Source: an uncultured archaeon
GTDB taxonomy: Archaea; Nanobdellota; Nanobdellia; Pacearchaeales; GW2011-AR1
DNA length: 64,000 nucleotides
Reading direction: 5' to 3'
Assembly (NCBI GenBank): GCA_902385625.1
Contig: CABMGE010000010.1
Location: 39,589-103,588 of the forward strand
Part shown: positions 8,125 through 17,669 of the stretch, in pieces
How positions within the stretch are numbered: the stretch's first letter is position 1
Layout of the letters: every line of letters starts with the position of its first letter
The notes under the pieces: generated by a model
The model's input: only the letters and a program-made list of their open reading frames with translations
What the model was told of the DNA's origin: nothing
Database searches by the model: none
Made by a program: the position numbers and the translations under genes

Positions 8125-9768
8125 TTAACTTCCTATATTTAATTTTTGCACCAAAGTAAGATTTAAATATTTATTGTTTTCCTTTGGAAAATCTTCCCTG
8201 AAATGACAGGCCCTGCTTTCTTCTCTTAACAAGGCACTTTCAATTATTACATGGGCAACTTCAACTATATTTCTTACCTCTAAAAAATCCTTTGTTACTT
8301 TGTAACTCCAATAATATTCTTTTATACTTTTTTCAAGAGACTTAATTATATCAAGTGCAGCAACTAATCTTTCTTTACTTCTTGACATTCCACAAAGGGC
8401 GTTCATTGTTCTTCTGACTACTTCCCAATAATATCCAACAGTTATTTTATCTCTGGATTCTTTCGCACTTCCTGTTCTCCAAAGAGGAATTTTTATTGAT
8501 TCTGGACTTTTTGTTTGTGATAAGAAATGCTTTGCTGCAAGCTCTGCAAATAAAATACATTCAGGACCTGAATTACTTGCAAGCCGAGTTGCGCCATGCA
8601 GCCCTGTGTAAGATGTTTCTCCAAGAACATAGCATCCGTTTATTTCAGTTTCACTATTTTTTCCAACTAAAACTCCTCCATTAGAGTAGTGTTCTGCATA
8701 AACAACAGGAACAGGCTCTTTTGTTATATCATATCCGTGCTTTTTACAAAATTCATAAGAGTTTTTAAAATCATTTTTTAATCTTTCTTTATCTATTTTT
8801 GTGCAGTCAAGCCAAACATGTGAAAGTCCATTTTTTCTCATCTCAATATCCTCTGCCCTTGAGACTACATCTCTTGTTGCTTTTGATCCCATTGGATCAT
8901 ATTTTAAAACAAAGTCCTCACTTGAGTTCATTGAAAGTTTGAGAATTGCTCCTGCTCCTCTTAATGCTTCTGTTAGTAAAAATCTTCTTTCAGTTTCATT
9001 TGTTGCAGAGGGATCATAAAAAACAGTAGGATGAAACTGAATAAATTCCATATTTGCAAGTGGGAGTCCTCTTCTATAACACATTGCAAAGCCATCTCCT
9101 GTTGCAACATCAGGATTTGAAGTATAAAGGAATGTTTTTCCAAGACCTCCTGTTGCAACAAAGGTTGCTTCACACTCCACAGTTTTTACATAATCATTTG
9201 TTATATCATAAACATAAAATCCAAAGCAGATATCATTTCCTGATTTTTTTTCTTGTAATTTATCTTTTGTTATAAGATCAATTACCATATGATTTTCATA
9301 TATAGTTATATTTGGATGATTAATAATTAGGTTTCTCAAAGTTTCCATAATTGTCTTTCCTGTTGTGTCTTTTATATGAAAAATCCTATTTTTCGAGTGC
9401 CCTCCTTCCCTATGAAGATCAAATTCTCCATCCTGCAAATCAAATTTTATTCCTCTTTTAATTAACCATTCAATTACATCTGAATAAAAATGTTCTGCAC
9501 AGTATTTTACAATTTTCTCATCATTAAGACCTTTTCCAGCTGCCAAGGTCTCTTTTACATGAAGATCAAAAGAATCATTTGTGAAGTTTGGAATTTTAAC
9601 TGCTGTAAGTCCTCCTGCAAGAAGATAACTACTGCAGTCTTCAGTTAATTTATTTTTTATAAAGAGTGCAACCTTTTTCCCTGCATCTGCAAGTTCAAGC
9701 GCAACTGCTGCTCCTGCAAGCCCTGCTCCGATTACTCCGCAATCTGCTTTTATTAAATCATTTGGCAT
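8125..9768 (-). CDS. nadB: L-aspartate oxidase (FAD flavoprotein)
   Basis: GVIGAGLAGAA dinucleotide fold, HREGGHS, LTEALRGAGAIL, RLASNS. Track ORF reaches 9789; the ATG at 9768 sits just after the nadR stop. Confidence 0.85.
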   Translation of the reverse strand: MPNDLIKADCGVIGAGLAGAAVALELADAGKKVALFIKNKLTEDCSSYLLAGGLTAVKIPNFTNDSFDLHVKETLAAGKGLNDEKIVKYCAEHFYSDVIEWLIKRGIKFDLQDGEFDLHREGGHSKNRIFHIKDTTGKTIMETLRNLIINHPNITIYENHMVIDLITKDKLQEKKSGNDICFGFYVYDITNDYVKTVECEATFVATGGLGKTFLYTSNPDVATGDGFAMCYRRGLPLANMEFIQFHPTVFYDPSATNETERRFLLTEALRGAGAILKLSMNSSEDFVLKYDPMGSKATRDVVSRAEDIEMRKNGLSHVWLDCTKIDKERLKNDFKNSYEFCKKHGYDITKEPVPVVYAEHYSNGGVLVGKNSETEINGCYVLGETSYTGLHGATRLASNSGPECILFAELAAKHFLSQTKSPESIKIPLWRTGSAKESRDKITVGYYWEVVRRTMNALCGMSRSKERLVAALDIIKSLEKSIKEYYWSYKVTKDFLEVRNIVEVAHVIIESALLREESRACHFREDFPKENNKYLNLTLVQKLNIGS

Positions 9769-9769
9769 C

Positions 9770-10801
9770 TTATTCCTTGGTCTTTTCAAAAAGCTTGTTT
9801 ACCAAAGATCTTGCGCTATCAAATCTTTCTTTATAATTTCCAGAAATTGTTACAAAATCAATTCCTCTATCTTTATACATTTGTTTTAGAATTTCATTGT
9901 TTTTCATTCTTACTTCTTTTTCACCTTTATTTCTAAGTCCATCAGGAACCCATTTTACATCAGGTTCAAGATATATAACAAGATCATATTTTTGTTTTTT
10001 AGCTATTTCATCGATCAAATTTGATCTTTCACCATTAAAATACATATCAAGATAATACTGAGTTATTACTGCTTCGCTATCTACAAACAAAACCTTATTA
10101 CTAGTTTCTGCTTTTTTATCTTGTAAAAGAAAATGCTCCATTGCAATCTTATCAAACATTTCTACTGTCAATTGATTCTTATATTTATCACAATAATCTC
10201 TTCCTACTTCTTGTACAAACTCAGTATTATAGAATTTTGCAAGTTTTTTTGTAAGAGTTGATTTTCCGCAACTTTCTGTTCCAACAATTGCAACTCTCTT
10301 TGTAAAATATGATCTTACAGTGTTTGGCAGTTTATCCCAGTTATCATAAAGATTTATTCTTAAATCGGTTGCAGATGTAGTGACTGTTTTTCTTTTATCG
10401 TCGATTACAATATGTTTTGAATTTGGATAATATTTCTTAAAAATTTCATCATAAGAGTGTTCTGAACTAAAAACAAAATCAATCGGTTTTCCAATAGCTT
10501 TTTTAATCATTTCTGCACCTTTTTCCCAGTTATAATCTTTATCCCACTGATCATCTTCAATATGAATTATTTTTACATTTTCAAGATTATTTAGAGATTC
10601 TCCAATCCAAGAGAGCCTTACATCTGCCGGAATATATTTTATCCCATCTCTTTCGCATAATTCGCGATCCCGATTTTTTGATGAAGATACAATCACATAT
10701 AGTTCATCCACCTGATTTGATGCATCCATTATTGTATAAATATGGCCTTGATGAAATGGTAGATATTTCCCACCAATAAATCCTACTGTTTTATTTTCCA
10801 T
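9770..10801 (-). CDS. nadR: NadR-type bifunctional NMN adenylyltransferase / ribosylnicotinamide kinase (no N-terminal HTH)
   Basis: GGKYLPFHQGH nucleotidyltransferase motif; P-loop GTESCGKST. Track ORF reaches 10849; ATG at 10801 preferred. Confidence 0.85.
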   Translation of the reverse strand: MENKTVGFIGGKYLPFHQGHIYTIMDASNQVDELYVIVSSSKNRDRELCERDGIKYIPADVRLSWIGESLNNLENVKIIHIEDDQWDKDYNWEKGAEMIKKAIGKPIDFVFSSEHSYDEIFKKYYPNSKHIVIDDKRKTVTTSATDLRINLYDNWDKLPNTVRSYFTKRVAIVGTESCGKSTLTKKLAKFYNTEFVQEVGRDYCDKYKNQLTVEMFDKIAMEHFLLQDKKAETSNKVLFVDSEAVITQYYLDMYFNGERSNLIDEIAKKQKYDLVIYLEPDVKWVPDGLRNKGEKEVRMKNNEILKQMYKDRGIDFVTISGNYKERFDSARSLVNKLFEKTKE

Positions 10802-11519
10802 TTTGTTCTTTTTCAAGCTTCCTCCAGTTATAATATCCATAAAGAGCATTTACTAAAAATGCTGTCCACATAACAAGCATGCTGACTTGGTTACCATCTC
10901 TTAAAAAGATGTAAACCCACATTACAATAGACCAAACATCAACCATTATCCAGTAAAACCATTGGTCTGAATATCTTTTTGTTAGAAAAACTGTAGCAAT
11001 AATTGAAAAAATAGTTGTCGTTGAATCAATAAATGGAAGTGTTCCATGTATTGCTTTTAAAAGAAGGCCAAAAAAGTATAAGGCAATTAGAGATACTATA
11101 AACCAAAATATTTTATCTCTCCATTTTAAACTTTTTACAAGTACTCTTTCTGAAACATTTATTTTTTTATAATTTTTTTTCCAATAATAGATTCCTGGAA
11201 AGGTCATTGGAAGGAAAAATAACATGTTTAGACCAACATCACCATAATAAGCACTTTGCCATGCTACATAAGAGTAAGCAAGAATATTTATTATTCCCCA
11301 ATAAAAACTGCTGATTTTTCCCTTGGCAGTTAATACTACGCAAAGCATTCCTGTAATTGAAGCTGTAAGGCCTATCCAAGTATCATGCCACGCGAAAAAC
11401 AAGCAGATATTGATTATTGTGAATGAAACTAACCAGATTTTCTCAAATGTTGTCCAATCATTAAAATAATTTTTAATACGGGTAGATCTTTTCAATTTTT
11501 GTTCTGAATTTGTTTTCAT
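10791..11519 (-). CDS. pnuC: nicotinamide riboside transporter PnuC
   Basis: 242-aa polytopic membrane protein; TGMLCVVLTAKGKISSFYWGIINILAY typical of PnuC; adjacent to nadR. Confidence 0.85.
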   Translation of the reverse strand: MKTNSEQKLKRSTRIKNYFNDWTTFEKIWLVSFTIINICLFFAWHDTWIGLTASITGMLCVVLTAKGKISSFYWGIINILAYSYVAWQSAYYGDVGLNMLFFLPMTFPGIYYWKKNYKKINVSERVLVKSLKWRDKIFWFIVSLIALYFFGLLLKAIHGTLPFIDSTTTIFSIIATVFLTKRYSDQWFYWIMVDVWSIVMWVYIFLRDGNQVSMLVMWTAFLVNALYGYYNWRKLEKEQNGK

Positions 11520-12358
11520 ATTTTGAATTTTGTTTTTAATTTTTTATCTAGATTAATTAGATAATCTCTTCCAAAATTATTGTTTTCAAGACCCTTTATT
11601 AATGTTTCTGGAAGATCATTTTTTATTTCTTTTGAGCATGAAGCCGCACCCATTGCTATTGCTGCAACTGTATCTACATCTCCTCCAAAATTAACACAAG
11701 TTTCAAGAACTTTTGAAAGAGAGTCTTCTTTTTGAATCGCAGTTATTCCAGCCATAACTGCCATGAATCCTTTTGCACCAACTTCCCCTTTCCAAGGCAA
11801 ATTCCAGTTACCTGGAACATAGTTAGAAATGAATTTACCTAAATTTTTCTTTTCTCCAAGATCATAAATAAAATAGTGTGACATTAATGCTGCTGCAACT
11901 GCGGCATCCATTCCACCCGAGGTATTATGAGTAATTGATCCTTGAAATTTAACATAATCTATTAATTGACCTATATCTGGCAAAAACCCTAGTGGAGGAG
12001 CACGCATTGCACCTCCATTTTTATCACTATTAGGCTTTATTTTTTCTAAAAATTCCTTTCCTGATTTTATTTCCTTTAAAAATAAATAAAAAGCTCCTGC
12101 ATAACCTTCTCTTTCATCTCTTTTAAAAACTTCAACAAATTTATTTGCAATGTTTAATTGAGTCCATTCTTTATTCTCGAGTAATAATTCTGCAATTCCT
12201 ATACTCATCTGAGTATCATCAGTATATCTACCATTACCAATATCATATTTTTGATGTTTACGATAGGAACTTAAATCATTAAATTTTTCAATTATTTCTC
12301 TTGGAACATATTCAAATCCTGCACCGTATGCATCGCCTATAGCAATTTCCAGTAACAT
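11516..12358 (-). CDS. ADP-ribosylglycohydrolase (ARH/DraG family)
   Basis: N-terminal IGDAYGAGFEY, GRYTDDTQMS, C-terminal GGDVDTVAAIAMG. Confidence 0.8.
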   Translation of the reverse strand: MLLEIAIGDAYGAGFEYVPREIIEKFNDLSSYRKHQKYDIGNGRYTDDTQMSIGIAELLLENKEWTQLNIANKFVEVFKRDEREGYAGAFYLFLKEIKSGKEFLEKIKPNSDKNGGAMRAPPLGFLPDIGQLIDYVKFQGSITHNTSGGMDAAVAAALMSHYFIYDLGEKKNLGKFISNYVPGNWNLPWKGEVGAKGFMAVMAGITAIQKEDSLSKVLETCVNFGGDVDTVAAIAMGAASCSKEIKNDLPETLIKGLENNNFGRDYLINLDKKLKTKFKI

Positions 12359-12359
12359 T

Positions 12360-13151
12360 TTAGCTCCTTACAAAATCTATAATTTTATTTTTAAGGTCCA
12401 AATCAACATCGCAACTTACAAATCTATTTTTAGAAACTTGTTTGAATTTTACATAAGGCTCCTCAAGTCCTGCACTAACGGTTAGAACATCATACATTGC
12501 ACATTTGGTTTTTGGAGGATGATCTATCCAGGAGTCTGTATTTGTATAATCTAGCCATCTTACTGCACTTTCATATAAAAAATTGCCAAGAGGACTTACA
12601 TTTAACTTGGCGAGCTCATCTTTTGTAAATGATATCTTATCTGAGTCTTCTTTTGTCACCTGATAAATATTCCAAGGCTCCTCTTGAACTCTTTTCCAGG
12701 ATTCTATATCGGATTTAAAATTGTGAGAGTCAATACAACCACCCATAACATAAAGGTCTTTTACATTTTTAATAGTCGGATTTATCTCTAACTGTAATGC
12801 AATATTTGTCAAAGGACCGATACAAATTAGTTTAGTATTTTTTGTATAAGTTGGATAAGGACTGTTCTTAAAGGATTCTTTTAATTCTTCCTCGGTTAAT
12901 GCAAGTTTTTCAAATCCAGTCCAGTATTTTTTAATAGAAGATTTAGGTCCTGCAACTCCTGCAGTTATTGGAATATCTACTCCTAAAAGTCTTTCGAGTT
13001 TTCGTGTAATCCTTGCTCTAATTTCTGTATCTCCATGGGTTAAAGTTATTCCAACTAGATTTGAATTTGGATTTTTAATTGCATATGTTAATGCAAACAA
13101 ATCATCAACATCTGTTCCTGCATCTGAGTCTATTATTATTCTTTGTTTCAT
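12360..13151 (-). CDS. nucleoside hydrolase (IU-NH family)
   Basis: IIIDSDAGTDVDDLFAL aspartate cluster. Confidence 0.8.
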   Translation of the reverse strand: MKQRIIIDSDAGTDVDDLFALTYAIKNPNSNLVGITLTHGDTEIRARITRKLERLLGVDIPITAGVAGPKSSIKKYWTGFEKLALTEEELKESFKNSPYPTYTKNTKLICIGPLTNIALQLEINPTIKNVKDLYVMGGCIDSHNFKSDIESWKRVQEEPWNIYQVTKEDSDKISFTKDELAKLNVSPLGNFLYESAVRWLDYTNTDSWIDHPPKTKCAMYDVLTVSAGLEEPYVKFKQVSKNRFVSCDVDLDLKNKIIDFVRS

Positions 13152-13152
13152 T

Positions 13153-13752
13153 TTAGACTCCTGCTCCCAGTATTCTCATTTTTTCTTCTTCTGCGCTTTT
13201 GTAAAATTTAGAATTCTTATATTCCAGAGTCTGTTTTCCAAATTCCCTTTTAAATCTCTCAATAATTTTTTTCTCTTGCAGATAATTTGCTACTGAAGCT
13301 GGAACCATAGGTTTCCAATTTCTATCTTTTGCAATTTCTATTCTTACTTTTGAAGAGTTTAATTCAGACTCTTTAAACTCCGGGACTATTTCAAAAGGAT
13401 GTAAAATTTTGTAAGTGTCTTTTAAAATTTCAGTTACGTAGGCATTTCCAGTAATAAAATAATCTAAATTTCCAAAATGACTAATAACTGCAGATTTCCA
13501 TTTTTTATCGTTTCCAAAATCAATAAGCTCAATGAAAGAATAATTTGCAAATTTTGAAGACAAAAAAGTTTCAATCATCTCTATTGACTCTTTTGCGCTA
13601 AAAGGATTTCTTAGATCATATTTATTTGAACTCCCAATTCCAATAATAACAGAATCTGAATTTCTGCAAACAGATTCGAGTAAAGCAGAGTTTCCATTAT
13701 GAAGAGGCTTAAATCTTCCAATTAAACCAACTCTTCCAAACTTAGTATCCAT
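13153..13752 (-). CDS. archaeal-type nicotinamide-nucleotide adenylyltransferase-like protein
   Basis: GLIGRFKPLHNGN (HxGH-like), GIGSSNKYDLRNPFSAKESIEMIE. Track ORF reaches 13794; ATG at 13752 follows the upstream stop at 13757. Confidence 0.65.
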   Translation of the reverse strand: MDTKFGRVGLIGRFKPLHNGNSALLESVCRNSDSVIIGIGSSNKYDLRNPFSAKESIEMIETFLSSKFANYSFIELIDFGNDKKWKSAVISHFGNLDYFITGNAYVTEILKDTYKILHPFEIVPEFKESELNSSKVRIEIAKDRNWKPMVPASVANYLQEKKIIERFKREFGKQTLEYKNSKFYKSAEEEKMRILGAGV

Positions 13753-13756
13753 TTTA

Positions 13757-14347
13757 TTATCCAACAACCCTCTTATAATTTTGGCTCTGTTCATATTTTA
13801 AAACAAGCTCTTTAGAATGCTCAGATAAATTTTGGAATTCTCTTTCTTTTAGGTAAATACAAAGAATAACTGGATGGCTTTTAAATGCCCAAACAGCGTC
13901 AGAATTCTTCTTTTCAGGTTCATAAAAAGGTTTATCCAAAAGATTTGCTATGTCTTCAATTGTAAGCACTCTTGCATTTTTTGCATCTTCATCTGGATGA
14001 GGCATTAACTTTCCAACTCCAACTCCTGTAAAAGTTATGCTTGAAACAAATGCCCTTGGATCTTGCTCAGGATAAGATAAGACACATAATGGTTTGTAAA
14101 ACGGCTTATCTACAATAAAATCAAGACCTGTCTCTTCAAGTCCTTCTTTTATTGAATTTTTATGAAAGTGCATTTTCTCTGCCATTCCTCCTGGAATTGC
14201 AAGTCCAAAAGGAGGAAATTTTCTTTCAATAAGCACTAATCCTCCATTATATCTTACAAGTAGATCTGTTGCACAGTAAGGGCCTTCATACTTATCTTTT
14301 AGATATTCTTTAAATGTGGGATATATTTTTTTATCTGGATTTGGCAT
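13757..14347 (-). CDS. Nudix hydrolase (ADP-ribose pyrophosphatase candidate)
   Basis: Partial Nudix box PGGMAEKMHFHKNSIKEGLEETGL. Confidence 0.7.
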   Translation of the reverse strand: MPNPDKKIYPTFKEYLKDKYEGPYCATDLLVRYNGGLVLIERKFPPFGLAIPGGMAEKMHFHKNSIKEGLEETGLDFIVDKPFYKPLCVLSYPEQDPRAFVSSITFTGVGVGKLMPHPDEDAKNARVLTIEDIANLLDKPFYEPEKKNSDAVWAFKSHPVILCIYLKEREFQNLSEHSKELVLKYEQSQNYKRVVG

Positions 14348-14348
14348 T

Positions 14349-16349
14349 TTATTCTCCTGGATTATATTTTGTCATCTTCTGCAAAATCTCCTGTTTTAAT
14401 TCAAGTTGTTTTTCTGTTGGCTCATAAGGCAATATGCTTTCTCTTAAATCATATCCAAATGCAGTTTTACTTGTGATAATTATTGGGGCAGACTGGACTC
14501 TTTTCCATACACTGTTTTGAAATTTCATACTGAATTCTTCTATGTCTTTTACAAATTCTTTTGGATTATCAACTCCCCATCTTTTCATTAGCTCGTATGA
14601 AAGTCCTTTTGGATTTTTTACAAGTCCATCAAAATATTTATCCAGATGTTTATCAAGTGTTCCTTTAAGATACATTTCCATTAAATCAGCTGCACTTGCC
14701 TTTTTGTAATCAGTCATTGCCTCAGTTATAGCACAGTGATATCCAAATTTCATTGGATCAAACTGTTTTTCCTTAAGTTCAGCAGTAGGCATTATCTGAT
14801 CCTTTTTAAAATTCCAAAGTCTGTCTGGAAAAAGAATTTCAGGTATAACTTCATCATGGAATATTTCTTGGTTCACATACTTTGACATTTCCATTATTTC
14901 TGTTTTTGTAAGATCTGCAATAGGACAGATTGCTCCTCTCATATCTCCATCAAGAGTTCCATATCCGAGTATTACTTCAAGTTTGTTTGCATTGCAAGTA
15001 TAAATTCCATTACACATTGCAGCAATATTTGAAAGAACAGGGATAGATCTGATTTTCGCTTGTAAATTTTCCTTATTTAAAACCGATAATTTTTTTCCCA
15101 AACCTTCTTCTAGTAATTTTGCATTAACATCAACAAGTTCTTGTATTGGAATTACATGATACTGTATTCCAAGTTTTTGTGCTGTAAATTCTGCAGAATC
15201 TTTTGTTTTTTGACTGTTATATTCTGTTGGCATATTTATTGCTATAACATTTTCCTTTCCTCTTGCAATTACCAAAAGAGCAGTAACAAGTGAACTATCT
15301 ACTCCTCCTGAAAGGCCAGTTACAGCTTTTTCTCCATAAAGACTTTCGAGTCCTCTGATTATTGCATGGTATTTTTGAACTATCTTGGGTTTTTCTTTTC
15401 TTATTTTTGGTTTTCCAAGATTTTCTGTATCAACAAACATTAGTTGAGGCCTGTAAGCTTCTTTTGCAAAATCCACAGGCATTCCATCTTTATTATAAAC
15501 TGTTGTTCCTCCATCAAATGTAACAATGTTTTTTCCATTATTCTGAACTCCTGTACAATTTACATAAAAAAACGGAACAAAAGAATTATTACATTCCTGT
15601 TTTAAAAACTGAACTCTTCTATCTCTTGCACCATTCTTTCCATAAGTCCAGGGTGATGCAGAGAGATTAACAATAAATTCTGCTCCATTATTGATTAGAA
15701 TCTTTGTTGGATTTAGTGAGTTTAGGTTTCTTCTATAGTCTTCACACCATAAGTCCTCGCATAATTCAAATCCTACTGGAACTTTCTTTTTAGTCCCATC
15801 TTTTTGTGTTGTCTCAATTAAAAATGGTTGAAGCAGTTCTTCTAGTGAACAATTAAATTCCTGAGCAATATCAACTGTTGAAAAAAAGTATCTTTCATCA
15901 TCAAATATCCTATAGTTGGGAAGGTTTGTCTTTGCTTGTATTCCTGCTGGCAAGAATTTTGTTTCTTTTAATCTTTCTGCAGGCTTACCATTTTGAAATA
16001 CATAAACTGCATTATATTTTCTTGTTCTTCCGTCTTCATTTGGATGGATTGATTTTAATCCTGTTCTTTTATTTATTTCTTCAGTTGGATCAACATAGAC
16101 ATTTCCATAAGCAATTGCAATTCCATTACTTGCTTTTCTTAATATTTCATTTTTCGCAATTAAATCCTGGCAAGATTCTTCATTTGTCCATTTGTCTCCA
16201 AGAAGATATCCTCCAACGCAAAGTTCTGTAAATGAAATTAAGTCTGCTCCTTGTCTTTTTGCTTCTTCGATCATAGGTATCATCATTTTTTCCAGATTTT
16301 TTTTAGGCATTCCTGGAACAACTTCAATTTGAGCAAGTGCTATTTTCAT
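14349..16349 (-). CDS. nadE: glutamine-dependent NAD+ synthetase (CN-hydrolase + PP-loop synthetase)
   Basis: 666 aa; N-terminal nitrilase-like domain (FTELC, FELCEDLW); GLSGGVDSS PP-loop. Confidence 0.85.
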   Translation of the reverse strand: MKIALAQIEVVPGMPKKNLEKMMIPMIEEAKRQGADLISFTELCVGGYLLGDKWTNEESCQDLIAKNEILRKASNGIAIAYGNVYVDPTEEINKRTGLKSIHPNEDGRTRKYNAVYVFQNGKPAERLKETKFLPAGIQAKTNLPNYRIFDDERYFFSTVDIAQEFNCSLEELLQPFLIETTQKDGTKKKVPVGFELCEDLWCEDYRRNLNSLNPTKILINNGAEFIVNLSASPWTYGKNGARDRRVQFLKQECNNSFVPFFYVNCTGVQNNGKNIVTFDGGTTVYNKDGMPVDFAKEAYRPQLMFVDTENLGKPKIRKEKPKIVQKYHAIIRGLESLYGEKAVTGLSGGVDSSLVTALLVIARGKENVIAINMPTEYNSQKTKDSAEFTAQKLGIQYHVIPIQELVDVNAKLLEEGLGKKLSVLNKENLQAKIRSIPVLSNIAAMCNGIYTCNANKLEVILGYGTLDGDMRGAICPIADLTKTEIMEMSKYVNQEIFHDEVIPEILFPDRLWNFKKDQIMPTAELKEKQFDPMKFGYHCAITEAMTDYKKASAADLMEMYLKGTLDKHLDKYFDGLVKNPKGLSYELMKRWGVDNPKEFVKDIEEFSMKFQNSVWKRVQSAPIIITSKTAFGYDLRESILPYEPTEKQLELKQEILQKMTKYNPGE

Positions 16350-16353
16350 GGTT

Positions 16354-16620
16354 TTACCTGTCCTCCTCTAGCTTTTCCAGAGGTATTCCTTTTAGATTTG
16401 GAAGCAACTCTTTTATTCGAGTAGTTAGGTCATTTCTTTTTATATAATCTGCAATTTTTTTATCCATAAAGTCCTTGTAATTCCAATCATTTACCATTGC
16501 AGCCCGGACAAAAGTTCCACTCACATACATTGGTTTTCTTGTTCTTACATTTTTTCCATCAATATTTACCTTTTCTACATAAAGCATTTCACTTTTTGGA
16601 AAGACTTCTTCTGGTTGCAA
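16354..16620 (-). CDS. hypothetical protein inside the NAD operon
   Basis: 88-aa ORF, 4 nt after it the nadE start; no motif. Confidence 0.5.
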   Translation of the reverse strand: MQPEEVFPKSEMLYVEKVNIDGKNVRTRKPMYVSGTFVRAAMVNDWNYKDFMDKKIADYIKRNDLTTRIKELLPNLKGIPLEKLEEDR

Positions 16621-16644
16621 TATTTCATATCTAATTGTATCTCT

Positions 16645-17097
16645 TTATTTCACTCCACCTTCAAACTGATTTTTTCTGTAAATATTTAAGTCATATTGGT
16701 TATTGCTTATGACCTCTGTAAATGGATGATTTATTTTCCAAAGATGATTAAACCATGCATTATCATCTCCAAAATCAGGAAGTGGTTTAATCTCGTAGTT
16801 TTTACAATGTCCTTTTAGAGCAAGTTCGATCATATCCTGTCTTTCTTCTATTTTAAAAGGATTTTTTTCATTGAACTTATTTGAGCTTCCAAGATTAACT
16901 TTAACAAAAACACTTTTCTTGCAAAGTTCTCTAAGCATATTTGTGTGATTTATATGAGGAGGATTTGCCCTCATTATTGTTACAACTTCTCCAAATATTT
17001 TATCATCTGGAAGAATTCTTTGATAATCATCAACAGCTTCTCCTGCATGAGCATATTTGTATTGCAAAAATTCTGGAATATCTAATTTATAAGTCAT
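16645..17097 (-). CDS. short NMNAT-like nucleotidyltransferase paralog
   Basis: IMRANPPHINHTN and LGSSNKFNEKNPFKIEERQDMIE parallel the 13153..13752 protein. Confidence 0.5.
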   Translation of the reverse strand: MTYKLDIPEFLQYKYAHAGEAVDDYQRILPDDKIFGEVVTIMRANPPHINHTNMLRELCKKSVFVKVNLGSSNKFNEKNPFKIEERQDMIELALKGHCKNYEIKPLPDFGDDNAWFNHLWKINHPFTEVISNNQYDLNIYRKNQFEGGVK

Positions 17098-17669
17098 AAT
17101 ATTCCCTCCAATATATCTTTAGTTTTTACTAGCTTTGCACCTGCTGAAACCATTTCATCTAAGGCAGTTGAATTTTGTACTGAACCTTTAACTCCATCAG
17201 TTACAACATAACATTGCACTTTCATTTTTTGTAGTCCTATAACCGCTGCTTTTACACTTTTCTCTGTTTCAACTCCATAAACAACTGCGCTTTCTGGTTT
17301 TGCAATTTCCAAGAAAGCTTTTGTATTGGGATTTGTAAAAACATCATAACTTTGTTTTTCAAAATAGATTCCATTAGGTAGCCAGTATTCTGCATAAACT
17401 TGATCGAGTTCATCAATTGCACGATTCATTCTTTCGAGTTTTAAATTACCCAGTAAAACTGGATGATTTGACAAAACGGTTTCAGGTATTTTTGAGTTTT
17501 CTTTTAGTTGAGACTTATCAATGCTTCCTAACACAGGAACTCTATTCTTTTTTGCGTAATCTGTAAGCAACTTCAAATTAGGTTTGATTAGTTCTGAATC
17601 AGGAACATAAAGAGCTCCATCTTTATTCATGAAACATTCTTGAGTATCTGTATCATAAAAAACCCTCAT
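17094..17669 (-). CDS. isochorismatase/nicotinamidase-fold protein lacking the catalytic cysteine
   Basis: Paralog of the next gene (FEKQSYDVFTNPN shared). The ATDYCD site is replaced by VETEKS. Confidence 0.6.
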   Translation of the reverse strand: MRVFYDTDTQECFMNKDGALYVPDSELIKPNLKLLTDYAKKNRVPVLGSIDKSQLKENSKIPETVLSNHPVLLGNLKLERMNRAIDELDQVYAEYWLPNGIYFEKQSYDVFTNPNTKAFLEIAKPESAVVYGVETEKSVKAAVIGLQKMKVQCYVVTDGVKGSVQNSTALDEMVSAGAKLVKTKDILEGIL

